Shown here piece after piece: positions 11,024-20,396 of a stretch of 64,000 nt of DNA. Origin of the DNA: Myxococcota bacterium (GTDB taxonomy: Bacteria > Myxococcota_A > SURF-8); assembly GCA_965140415.1 (NCBI GenBank), contig OZ223209.1, positions 3,392,001 to 3,456,000 on the forward strand. Direction: 5' to 3'. The notes under the pieces were generated by a model, which ran no database searches, was not told the origin of the DNA, and saw only the letters and a program-made list of their open reading frames with translations. How positions within the stretch are numbered: position 1 is the stretch's first letter; each line of letters starts with the position of its first letter. The position numbers and the translations under genes were made by a program.

Positions 11024-11377
11024 GTATATCCTTGCAGAAAAACAACTAAGTGTTGGATATGCAATTTTCCGATGCCTTTACACGTCCTGCCGGTCCGAAT
11101 TTGGTCGCCACGACGTGTAAATTGACACCGAGTAAGACCGAAAAACCCAATGAAAAACTCTAAAAAATCTCGTCTGAAACGATTGTACTGGTCGTTTACG
11201 GTCAGTTAGTGTGCTTTTGGCGCCCTTTGCGGCAGGGGGCTTTACAAGTTACAGTTCTGGGCGGATCAAGTGCTAAACAGTCGTTTAATTTCCATCCTGA
11301 TTCCCGATTTTTGTATTTTTGACTCCCAACCAGATATATCACAAGATATTGCAATTATCTTTCAAAGTGGGCGACGT

Positions 11378-11460
11378 GTGGCATGGGCGAAGCGAAGAAA
11401 AACGGAGCTTGCCCATGTGGATTTCGAACACGGGCAAGCCTGCTGCTTAGCCCGCGCCAC
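11378..11460. repeat. REP doublet (REPIN-like), GTGG type
   Basis: GTGG-CATGGGCGAAGC..GCTTGCCCATG at 11378-11417 and an inverted copy GTGG-CGCGGGCTAAGC..GCTTGCCCGTG at 11460-11429; each is internally palindromic. Confidence 0.7.
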
Positions 11461-11592
11461 CCTGAAATCAGACTATCCCGCAACACCTTGCGCCACCCCT
11501 CCCAACCAGCCACCATACTCCATCCTGGACGAGAAATGCCCGACCTGTTACACTCTTTTTACTCGCTCGTTAAATCATGGAGGAAACAGCGG

Positions 11593-12669
11593 ATGTTATT
11601 TCCAAGGAACGTGCTGGGCGGATTTCTGATTGCAATCATGCTGCTCGTCGGCTGCTCCAGCGACGAGGTCGATTCCATTACAACGGATGGCGATTTAATT
11701 GATGGCGACGTTGACATGGAAATCGAAATAGAATCCGATTCCATTGGCAGCATCGACTTCACGGTGGTGACGTTCAATACGGGAACCAGCGAAGGCATGG
11801 GGCACGACGAAGGCCCGGACGATGGCTATACGGAAGTTCAAGCTGCGATTTCAGATGAATGGTACGGCGACGGCCTGGCATGGAATCCGGCGATTGCGGC
11901 CACATCCGAGTTTTTCACCGAAGTCGATCCCGACATCGTGGTGTTTCAAGAAATTTTCTACAGCGGCGAATGCGTCGATATTCCAGAGGATGCACACAGC
12001 GATTTCGTTTGCGAAACCTGGCAGGCGGGCGATCCGACTGTGGCACAAATCGTATTGGGCGACGACTGGCAGGTGCTCTGTCATTTGGGAAAATCGGATA
12101 AATGCGCGGCGGTGAATCGACGCTTCGGCAGTTTTCGCGGCTGCGAAAGCGACTTCTGCTTGGAAGGTCTAGACGGCTTCAAAGTCGAAGGCTGTGGGTC
12201 GGGATCGCGTATCGGCCGAGGAGTCATCGAGCTGGTTTCAGGCGGGACACTCACGCTGGTCAACGTTCATGGATCTTCAGGTATAAAAACCGACGACAAA
12301 GAGTGTCGCGAAAAACAATTCAGTCAGGTTTTCGAAGATTTCGGCGACGGTCAACCGGCGGCGAATGGCAGTGTCAATCTCATTCTCGGCGACTTCAACA
12401 CCGACCCGGCGCGCATGCAGGAATCCGATCCCAGCGCTCAAAAGATCAACGAGCATGTAGGAGAAGGAAAAACCTTTCATTTTCATACGGAAGTCGGAAC
12501 GGATGTCACCGGCACCTATGCGGGCTTATTCAATATCGATCACGTAATAAGCGATTCTCTAAGCGGGGACTGCTGGCACGCAGGAGTAAGCGAAGGACAT
12601 CCAGCCGTTACGGAGGCAAAGTATTTCGATCACGTCCCCGCCGTTTGCAGGCTTTCTTTAAAACCATGA
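11593..12669 (+). CDS. endonuclease/exonuclease/phosphatase (EEP) family lipoprotein
   Basis: Start ATG 11593 after GGAGG; lipobox LLVGC; VVTFN, DIVVFQE, NVH, GDFN, IDHV, DHVPA motifs. Confidence 0.85.
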   Translation: MLFPRNVLGGFLIAIMLLVGCSSDEVDSITTDGDLIDGDVDMEIEIESDSIGSIDFTVVTFNTGTSEGMGHDEGPDDGYTEVQAAISDEWYGDGLAWNPAIAATSEFFTEVDPDIVVFQEIFYSGECVDIPEDAHSDFVCETWQAGDPTVAQIVLGDDWQVLCHLGKSDKCAAVNRRFGSFRGCESDFCLEGLDGFKVEGCGSGSRIGRGVIELVSGGTLTLVNVHGSSGIKTDDKECREKQFSQVFEDFGDGQPAANGSVNLILGDFNTDPARMQESDPSAQKINEHVGEGKTFHFHTEVGTDVTGTYAGLFNIDHVISDSLSGDCWHAGVSEGHPAVTEAKYFDHVPAVCRLSLKP

Positions 12670-12697
12670 TGACAAAAGAACCTGAAACAGAAAAAGC

Positions 12698-13780
12698 CTA
12701 CAACCACTTTTTTTTCTTCAGGTAAACAATGAAGCCTAGAGCAACTGCGGCCATGCCACCTAATGCGAAAAAATAACCGTAACGAAATTCCAACTCAGGC
12801 ATGTATTTGAAGTTCATGCCATACAATCCGGCGATAAAGCTTAGTGGAATGAAGATCGTTGCAATCAGGGTCAAGACGCGCATCACTTCGTTCATCCGGT
12901 TACTGATGCTGGACAGGTAGACATCGATCAAGCCGGTTGTAATATCGCGGTAGTGCTCCACCAATTCGATGACTTGAAGCACATGGTCCTGACAGTCGCG
13001 AATGAACAATGCGTTTTCGCCCTGGAAATGCGCGGATTCTTCACGCAACAACGTACTGACCAGTTCCCGCATCGGCCACACGGTACGTCGGATGTTGACC
13101 AGATCACGCTTGATCGAATGCAGCCTGGCCACCGTCGATTTCTCCGGTTCTTCCAAGACCTCTTCTTCCAGATCCTCCAAACGTTCGCCGAAGGTTTCCA
13201 ACAATGGATAAAAATGATCCACAACGGAATCCAGCAGCGCATAGGAGAGATAACCGGAGCCAACGCGAATGCGCCGCTTGCCTTTTCGTAAACGATCGCG
13301 AACGCCATCGAAGCAATCGCCCGGACGCTCCTGAAAACTCAGTACGAAATGATCTCCGACAAACAAGCTGATCTGTTCGCTGCTCAAGCCGGGATCGAGC
13401 GTGACATAACGCAGCACCATAAACGTCGTGTCGTCATAATCTTCCACCTTGCAACGCTGGTTGACATTCAATACGTCTTCCAAGGCCAAGCGGTGCAAGT
13501 TGAAATGTTCGCCAAGCTGCTGGATGACGGTGAGATCCTCCATACCAACGACATTCACCCAGACGCACGGCCACTTCTTCATCAACCCCGTCAAATCATC
13601 TACCTGTCGGATGATGCATTCTTCATACTCATCCGGCTCGCTTTCGGGTCGATAGCCGAAGCATTCTATTGTTGTGGGTACGGCATTCGGATGAGCGACC
13701 AAGGTTCCAGGTGCGACGCCCGGCTGAATCGAGCGCCCTTCCGGTCGCAATAGACTTTTCAAGGTCCACCACTGTTTCAT
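12698..13780 (-). CDS. corA: magnesium/cobalt transporter CorA
   Basis: LALEDVLN, FQERPGD, YGMNFKYMPEL signature, two C-terminal TMs. Confidence 0.95.
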   Translation of the reverse strand: MKQWWTLKSLLRPEGRSIQPGVAPGTLVAHPNAVPTTIECFGYRPESEPDEYEECIIRQVDDLTGLMKKWPCVWVNVVGMEDLTVIQQLGEHFNLHRLALEDVLNVNQRCKVEDYDDTTFMVLRYVTLDPGLSSEQISLFVGDHFVLSFQERPGDCFDGVRDRLRKGKRRIRVGSGYLSYALLDSVVDHFYPLLETFGERLEDLEEEVLEEPEKSTVARLHSIKRDLVNIRRTVWPMRELVSTLLREESAHFQGENALFIRDCQDHVLQVIELVEHYRDITTGLIDVYLSSISNRMNEVMRVLTLIATIFIPLSFIAGLYGMNFKYMPELEFRYGYFFALGGMAAVALGFIVYLKKKKWL

Positions 13781-13797
13781 GTCGTCGCCCCTTTTCT

Positions 13798-14691
13798 CTA
13801 ATTCACTGCCGCCTTGCCCAAGTTACTCAGCGCCTCGGATACCGGCGCATCCAGATGCACGTCTACCTGCGGGAACGCAATGACGATACCCGCCTCTTTA
13901 AAGGCAAACCAGATCGCCTCTCGCAGTTCGGCCATGAACAAGCGCTGACGCCAGGGTTCGCTCAGCGAAAGAAACACGCTGAAATTGACGGAAGAATCCC
14001 CAAACTCCTGCATCATGACGCGCGGCTCGGTTCCTTTCAGTTTCCAAGGCATGGCGTTTGCCGTTTCCAACAAAACCTTCTTTACCTTGGCCATATCCGA
14101 ACTGTAGCTGACTCCGACACTCACTCCGGTTGAATAAACGCTGTCTTTCATCGTGAAGTTCTTTACCGTGGCCTGCGAAAAGATGGCGTTGGGAATGATC
14201 AGGTCTTCATCGCGCCAGGTACGCACGACGGTGGTGCGAATGCGCATGTCCATGACTTTGACCACGTTGCCATCGACCTCTAAAATATCGCCGGGTTTGA
14301 TACTGCGCTCGACCAGCAGAATGATGCCCGAAACGAAATTCTGGATCACATTCTGCATGGCGAAACCAATTGCGATGGCAAACACGGCTCCGGCGGCGAA
14401 CAACGCGCTCATGTCGATGCCGATCGTTTGCAATCCGATTCCAAAACCAACCAGCATGATCATGTAGTGAATCAAACGCTTTATTGCTTCAAAGGTGCCT
14501 TCCTGACCTGCGAATCGCTTGGCAAATGCGCGCTCGGAAGCTCGCTGAATCACGTAGGAAAGCACGACACTGCCGGCAATGATAATGAGAAATACGACAA
14601 TCGAAAGTATCGTGACTTCGGTACCGGCAAGTTTAAACAGCGGTTTCGTCATTCCTTTGTCCATCCAACCCAACACGGCATCCACTTCCAT
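13798..14691 (-). CDS. mscS: small-conductance mechanosensitive channel (MscS family)
   Basis: Three TMs, IGFAMQNVIQNFVSGIILL, IPN, FGDSSVNF, IAFPQ. Confidence 0.9.
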   Translation of the reverse strand: MEVDAVLGWMDKGMTKPLFKLAGTEVTILSIVVFLIIIAGSVVLSYVIQRASERAFAKRFAGQEGTFEAIKRLIHYMIMLVGFGIGLQTIGIDMSALFAAGAVFAIAIGFAMQNVIQNFVSGIILLVERSIKPGDILEVDGNVVKVMDMRIRTTVVRTWRDEDLIIPNAIFSQATVKNFTMKDSVYSTGVSVGVSYSSDMAKVKKVLLETANAMPWKLKGTEPRVMMQEFGDSSVNFSVFLSLSEPWRQRLFMAELREAIWFAFKEAGIVIAFPQVDVHLDAPVSEALSNLGKAAVN

Positions 14692-14924
14692 TATGACCTC
14701 CCCAAGTTCAGATCGCCATGAGTTTCACTGGTTGGCATAGTATACCACCAAGCCAATCGATCATACAAAAAAGGAGCGACAGGACTGCCACTCCAAATAA
14801 CCTTACGAATTGTCGGCAAGCTACTTTTTTCCAATCCACAAGGCTCACCATCGAGGAAGGGAAAAGAAAGCCACCCGCACTTTTCATTCGAATTGGGAGA
14901 AAGCCTCGGAAACGGAAGTTGGAT

Positions 14925-15506
14925 CTACTTTTTCGGCTCCAGAGCCTTCAAGACATCGAACAGCTTCTGATTTGTTGGAATGTCCGACATGCCATTGCTG
15001 TAATAGGCGTAGACCAGTTTTCCGCCTTGATCCACAATAAACAGGGCGGGCATCAAGCCTAGTTTGGACGCTTTCCATTGCTGGTGATACAGATCTCCAA
15101 GCGTAGCTTCCGGGTCGGGAATACCGATATAGGGCAAGTTCTCTTTTTGCCAGTATGATTTCACTTTTTCAACAGAGTGACGAGCCACGACAGCGATGTT
15201 TGCGTGATGTTCCTGAAACGTACTGAAATCGTCTCGCATCTGACCTAGATGCTCACGGCTGTAAGGTCAACCAAAACCCCGCAGGAAAACCAAAACCACC
15301 GGACCGTTCTGCTGTAATTCGGAAAGCTTGACTTGTTTGCCGTCAAAAGACGTGGCCGTGAAACCGGGGGCCGTTTTTCCAACTGCCAACAGATTTTCGT
15401 TTTTATCCGTCGCAGAACACGCAGAGAGGGACAAGAACAGCCCAAGCATTAGGAGAAATGTCATCGTGACATGCCATCTCGAACGATATGATGCGGTTAT
15501 CTTCAT
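14925..15506 (-). CDS. AhpC/TSA peroxiredoxin-like selenoprotein (lipoprotein), Sec encoded by UGA at 15269-15267, 193 aa
   Basis: Track ORFs 15267-15506 and 14925-15239 share one frame, reading VVLVFLRGFG-TGA-PYSREHLGQMRDDF. The TGA falls at the catalytic Cys position; lipobox LSAC. Confidence 0.85.
15236..15252 (-). promoter_or_regulatory. putative bacterial SECIS hairpin
   Basis: mRNA sense GCAUCU-AGGUC-AGAUGC; stem starts 14 nt after the UGA; G-containing apical loop. Confidence 0.7.
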
Positions 15507-15588
15507 TTTATCCCCTTTCGGAAAATGAGTTCATCTTCTTAACTTGGAGTGAAAATCGCGACGTTTCATTTCATAAATCGGTTAAAAA

Positions 15589-16461
15589 TCACGTGGTTCG
15601 CTTTTCCTTTTCGTCTTCCAGCTTCGTTCCGCAAATTCGGCAATACCGGGCGTCTTCCTGATGCCCCCGGGCATGACACTGCGTACAGTTTCTCTTCATG
15701 ACCGACTGCTTGGACGCTTCCGCCATTTCAACGGTCACAATGCCGGTTGGAACGGCGATAATGCCATAGCCCAGGATCATCACAAACGATGCGATGGCGC
15801 GACCAAGAACCGTTTGCGGGGCGATATCGCCGTAGCCTACTGTGGTGAGGGTGACGATGGCCCAGTAGATGCCGGCGGGGATGCTGGCGAATCCATTTTC
15901 TGGCCCTTCGATCAAGTACATCAGACTACCCATGGAAACGACAATCGCCAGCACTGCGCCAAGAAAGACGGTTATTTTAAGCCGACTCGCCTTCATGGCA
16001 ACCATCAGGATACCGGCGGCGTTCATGTAGCGCGTCAGTTTGAAAATACGGAAAATCCGCAGCAAACGGAAGACTCGAATGACGAGCAGAGATTGCGCAC
16101 CACTGATCAACAGGCTTAAAAAAGTCGGCAGGATGGCGAGCAGATCGACAATCCCAAAGAAACTCAATGCATATGCCAAAGGACGCCTTACGGAAATCAG
16201 GCGAAAGATGTATTCCACACTGAATAGTAGCGTAAAGATCCATTCGACAATGTAGAGCAACTTGCGGTGCTCCGAACGAATCTCGGGTACGCTTTCCATC
16301 GAGACGGCGATCACGCTCAACACGATGGCGACCAGCAATAGTACATCAAACAGCTTGCCAGATGGCGTATCCGATTCGAAAATGATTTCATATAGCAAGC
16401 GCCTTGGATTGCGCTCCGGTTTTTGTTCGCTATCCGGCTGCATCGTTCTCTCAGAAGCCAT
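15589..16461 (-). CDS. voltage-gated-type potassium channel (6TM ion transporter) with C-terminal zinc ribbon
   Basis: S4-like RVFRLLRIFRIFK, TVGYGD filter, CxxC...CxxC. Start reassigned to ATG 16461 (or 16443). Confidence 0.9.
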   Translation of the reverse strand: MASERTMQPDSEQKPERNPRRLLYEIIFESDTPSGKLFDVLLLVAIVLSVIAVSMESVPEIRSEHRKLLYIVEWIFTLLFSVEYIFRLISVRRPLAYALSFFGIVDLLAILPTFLSLLISGAQSLLVIRVFRLLRIFRIFKLTRYMNAAGILMVAMKASRLKITVFLGAVLAIVVSMGSLMYLIEGPENGFASIPAGIYWAIVTLTTVGYGDIAPQTVLGRAIASFVMILGYGIIAVPTGIVTVEMAEASKQSVMKRNCTQCHARGHQEDARYCRICGTKLEDEKEKRTT

Positions 16462-16665
16462 TATGTTCAGGTTCCACTTTAATTTTGATATCGATCGGCT
16501 TGTATGAAACCAGAAGCCGCAGCACCCTCTATAGTGTGATAACTTTGTGAAAGCATAGTTGAATATCGCGAATAAATCAAATATCCCCGTCCAGCCATTC
16601 GGCTCTTCTTGACTTTCTGCTGCCCTGCTCCTAAAATTCTTTTTTTCTCGATCAGAGGTTTTAGA

Positions 16666-17838
16666 ATGACACAGCGTTTCGATCCCACCGAATTGGGACG
16701 TATCGTAATCAAAATCGGCAGTAGTTCCATCGTGGATGCAGATGGGCGCGTCAATCTCGGTTTTCTGGGAAATCTGGTAACCAAGGTACAGGATTTGCAC
16801 CGACGCGGCGTGGGAGTGGTCCTGGTTTCCTCCGGGGCGATTGCCATGGGATATACTCACCTTGGATTCACACAGCGCCCCTCCGAAATTCCTTCCCGGC
16901 AGGCTTGCGCTGCGCTGGGCCAGATGAAGCTCATGGGGCTGTATCAAAGCCTGTTCGATACCAACAAGCTGCAAACGGCGCAGGTCTTATTGACGCGCGA
17001 AGACATGCAGCACCGCCGACGCTATTTAAACGCCCGCGAAGCGCTGTTGCGGTTGATCGAATTGAACGTGATTCCAATCGTAAATGAGAACGATTCGGTC
17101 GCAGTAGAGGAAATCCAATACGGGGACAACGACCTTTTAAGCGCCTTGGTAGCGGGGGCTGTGGATGCGGATCTGCTGGTATTACTGACGAATGTCGAAG
17201 GCTTGCTACTGCCCGATGAAAGCGGTTCGCCCAGCCTGGTTTCGACCGTGAATCAACCTTTGGATCAGATTCTAAACCAGGTAAGCAATGAAAAAAGTGC
17301 AATGGGCAGCGGCGGTATGCATTCCAAATTGGAAGCCGCCGACATCTGCCGTACCTATGGCATCCACTGCGTGATCGCCAAGGCGAAAGGCAGCGTGTTA
17401 AAACAGGTTCTGCAAGGCGAGCAGACCGGCACCCATTTCCCCCCGGTGGTTCACAAACTGGTGCCGAAACAGCGCTGGATCCATCAAGCGGCGGGCACAC
17501 AAGGTGGAATAAAAATCGATGAAGGAGCGAGTAAAGCCGTTCTCGATCATCGGAAAAGCCTGCTGCCCAAAGGGGTCTTGTCCGTCGATGGTTCCTTTAT
17601 CCGTGGCGCCGTTATTGCGATTAAAAATGAAAACGGTCAGGAAATTGCGCGAGGTGTCACCCGCTACAATTCCAAAGATCTTCAAAAAATCCAAGGGTGT
17701 TTTGGCCACGAAATCGAATCGATTTTAGGCTACACATTCGGAGACGAAGTCGTCCACTGCGATAACCTAGTACCGACCTTGCATAACGGCAACGGTTCGT
17801 CTTTTTTTGCCAGTAAAGAAGGGAGCAGTTATGAGTGA
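16666..17838 (+). CDS. proB: glutamate 5-kinase
   Basis: IVIKIGSS, VSSGA, NEND, GDND, GSGGM, C-terminal PUA domain; ATG 16666 after GAGG. Confidence 0.95.
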   Translation: MTQRFDPTELGRIVIKIGSSSIVDADGRVNLGFLGNLVTKVQDLHRRGVGVVLVSSGAIAMGYTHLGFTQRPSEIPSRQACAALGQMKLMGLYQSLFDTNKLQTAQVLLTREDMQHRRRYLNAREALLRLIELNVIPIVNENDSVAVEEIQYGDNDLLSALVAGAVDADLLVLLTNVEGLLLPDESGSPSLVSTVNQPLDQILNQVSNEKSAMGSGGMHSKLEAADICRTYGIHCVIAKAKGSVLKQVLQGEQTGTHFPPVVHKLVPKQRWIHQAAGTQGGIKIDEGASKAVLDHRKSLLPKGVLSVDGSFIRGAVIAIKNENGQEIARGVTRYNSKDLQKIQGCFGHEIESILGYTFGDEVVHCDNLVPTLHNGNGSSFFASKEGSSYE

Positions 17839-19078
17839 GATCAAATCGATCCTTTCAAAAGCCCGCCAGGCCAGCCATCAACTGGCCAATGCCGCTACGG
17901 AAGTTAAAAATGCCGCGCTGCTTCAGATTGCGGAGGACCTGCTCTCTTCGATGCCCGCACTGCTTCAGGCAAATGAACTCGACCTGCAAGCTGCGCGTGA
18001 GGCCGGTAAAAGTGAAGCCCTGATCGACCGGCTGGCGCTATCGGAAGACCGCTTGAAGGGCATGGCCGCCAGCCTGCGAGAAATCGCCACCCTGCCCGAT
18101 CCGATTGGGGAAATTTACGATCTCACAAGCCGCCCCAGTGGCATTCAAGTAGGACGCATGCGCATTCCGCTGGGCGTTATCGGCATCATTTTCGAAGCGC
18201 GCCCAAACGTCGTGACGGATGCCGGTGCGCTTTGCCTGAAGAGCGGCAATGCGGTGATTCTGCGCGGCGGCTCCGAAGCTCAGCACAGCAACAAGGCACT
18301 GGGAGCCTTGATCGAAAACTCACTACAAAAAGCCGCCCTTCCCCCCGAGTGCATTCAGGTTGTCGGGAATCCGGATCGCCAGCTCGTTCTCGATCTGCTG
18401 ACGGCCCGGGGACAGGTGGATCTGGTGATTCCTCGCGGCGGAGAGAGCCTGATTCGCTTCGTTAACGAGCACGCCACGGTTCCGCTTGTGTTCCACTACA
18501 AGGGTGTATGCCATGCGTTCGTAGATAAAGACGCCGATCTAAACAAGGCGCTACCGATTATTCTAAACGCAAAGACGCAACGTCCGGGCGTTTGCAACGC
18601 CTTAGAAACCCTGCTCATCCACCAAGATATCGCAGCAGATTTCTTGCCGGAAGTCGTTGCGGCTCTACGCGAGAACAAAGTGGAAGTACGCGGTTGCGAG
18701 CGCAGCCAAAAACGGCTGCCGGATCTGGCAGGTGCCACGGAAGAAGACTGGGCCGCCGAATACCTGGATCTGATTCTCTCCATTCGCATCGTCGATGACT
18801 TCGAGCAGGCCGCCGAACACATTCGCCGCTACGGCTCCAACCATACGGAAACCATCGTTACAGAAAATTACAGCACGGCAGGACGTTTTCTGCGCGAGAT
18901 TCAATCGTCCTGCGTGGCCGTCAACGCCTCCACGCGCTTTAACGACGGAGGTGAACTCGGTCTGGGAGCGGAAATCGGTATCAGTACGACCAAAATGCAC
19001 GCCTATGGTCCGATGGGATTACGGGAATTGACTGCCAGTAAGTTTATCGTTCTGGGAAATGGACAGGTTCGAAAATAG
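17831..19078 (+). CDS. proA: gamma-glutamyl phosphate reductase
   Basis: PLGVIGIIFEARPNV, IPRGG, VCNALE, NASTRFNDG, GAEIGISTTKMHAYGPMG. Confidence 0.97.
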   Translation: MSEIKSILSKARQASHQLANAATEVKNAALLQIAEDLLSSMPALLQANELDLQAAREAGKSEALIDRLALSEDRLKGMAASLREIATLPDPIGEIYDLTSRPSGIQVGRMRIPLGVIGIIFEARPNVVTDAGALCLKSGNAVILRGGSEAQHSNKALGALIENSLQKAALPPECIQVVGNPDRQLVLDLLTARGQVDLVIPRGGESLIRFVNEHATVPLVFHYKGVCHAFVDKDADLNKALPIILNAKTQRPGVCNALETLLIHQDIAADFLPEVVAALRENKVEVRGCERSQKRLPDLAGATEEDWAAEYLDLILSIRIVDDFEQAAEHIRRYGSNHTETIVTENYSTAGRFLREIQSSCVAVNASTRFNDGGELGLGAEIGISTTKMHAYGPMGLRELTASKFIVLGNGQVRK

Positions 19079-19368
19079 GTTATCAAGAACACAGCAGCAA
19101 CCCGTTCACAAAACCAGAAAACGCTGCTTCCGTATTCTTGATAATTACGGTTGAAATAGAAATGGAAGGATGCTAGCTTAAAAGAACCATCATATCAGTC
19201 CTGTGTGTGGCGCGAACGACAAATAGATTGTATATGATGGTTCTCGGTTTAATTTGATGCGATGTAATTTCGGGGTGGTAAACGACAGCGAGAAGGCAAG
19301 TTCGAAACACCTTGGCCTGAAGTAACGATTTGCTTTTTGACTGGATGAACTTCCAAAAGGGAGGCACT

Positions 19369-20055
19369 ATGTCGGATCTGAAGCAGCGACAGGAAGAACG
19401 AATTTCTTCGCGCTACTTGATTTACTTCGGCGAGAAAGAACCGGAATTTGCTGGTTTTATCAAGAACTTGTCGCAAAAAGGGCTTGCAATCGTCAGTGGC
19501 AAATCATTTGATGCAGGCACTCGCCTTACCATGCTGTTGCACAGTCGTTACGACGAAGACCCGATCTCCCTTACCGGCATCGTCCGCCGCATGGATAATC
19601 GCCTTAGCCAATGGCTGCAACGCGTGATCGGTCAAATCGAAATGGGAATCGAGTTGGAAGAACCTCCCAATGAATATCTCGATTTCATCGAAAGGATCAT
19701 TCAGGAGCAGCAAGAGGTTCGCCACCAGACACGCTTCGACAAAGTCTTTCACGTCAGTTTCTTTCAATTCAACATGCTGCTTGAAGAAGTTTCCTTGAAT
19801 ATCAGCCGGGGCGGAGTATTCATTTCCTCGACCAATCCGCCGTATCCGGGAGAAACGGTACAACTGAAGATTGAAATTGAAGACATCAACGAATCCATCG
19901 ATGTCGAGGCCCAGGTCGTTCGCACCATCACACCGGATGATGCCAAACGCCGGGGGCTCGTTCCCGGTTTCGGGGCGAAATTCCTGCATTTCAACAGTGA
20001 GGATCAAGGCACGCTTAACGCATTCATAAATCAGATGGATAAGCGCTCAAACTGA
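19369..20055 (+). CDS. tandem PilZ-domain protein (c-di-GMP receptor-like)
   Basis: RQEER..NLSQKG and RHQTR..NISRGG motif pairs; GFGAKF; GGAGG RBS. Confidence 0.85.
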   Translation: MSDLKQRQEERISSRYLIYFGEKEPEFAGFIKNLSQKGLAIVSGKSFDAGTRLTMLLHSRYDEDPISLTGIVRRMDNRLSQWLQRVIGQIEMGIELEEPPNEYLDFIERIIQEQQEVRHQTRFDKVFHVSFFQFNMLLEEVSLNISRGGVFISSTNPPYPGETVQLKIEIEDINESIDVEAQVVRTITPDDAKRRGLVPGFGAKFLHFNSEDQGTLNAFINQMDKRSN

Positions 20056-20396
20056 TTTTTTTTGAACGGGTCTATGTTTCCAGGACAAAGGAACGAGGGG
20101 TAATAAATTCAAGGATTGAACTCGCCCGATTTAAAAAGGCTGAGCATCGCATTTTGTCATAAGCGAGAACGGAAACTATTCATCGTTTATGCAGAAAACG
20201 AAATATCTTATGACGTGGTTTTCCTTGACACTATGGACTATTTCGGAATATCTTCTCAAAACTATGGATAGTTATCAAACAGGGGACACTTGTATTCCAT
20301 AGACGGTTCCATGATTTAGAGATAATGATGAAAAATTGTTTTTTTCATTCGACTTTCACTGCTTGATTGCAGGTCTTATGGCAAAGGACAAACGCC

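Noticed and set aside
11383-11592. N-terminal extension of the EEP ORF
   Set aside because: It crosses the REP doublet; the signal peptide and RBS point to ATG 11593.
14925-15506. Pseudogene or two separate small genes
   Set aside because: The stop is TGA exactly at the catalytic position with a SECIS-like hairpin, so selenocysteine is the better explanation.
16462-16974. Long N-terminal extension of the K+ channel ORF
   Set aside because: It overlaps proB on the opposite strand, and channel homology starts near ATG 16461/16443.
19080-19244. Integron attC sites
   Set aside because: No RYYYAAC...GTTRRRY ends, no integrase, and no cassette-like gene array.
19270-19330. Canonical c-di-GMP-I riboswitch
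   Set aside because: The GNRA/receptor P2-P3 arrangement and GCAAA junction could not be matched. The region is kept only as a generic structured leader.
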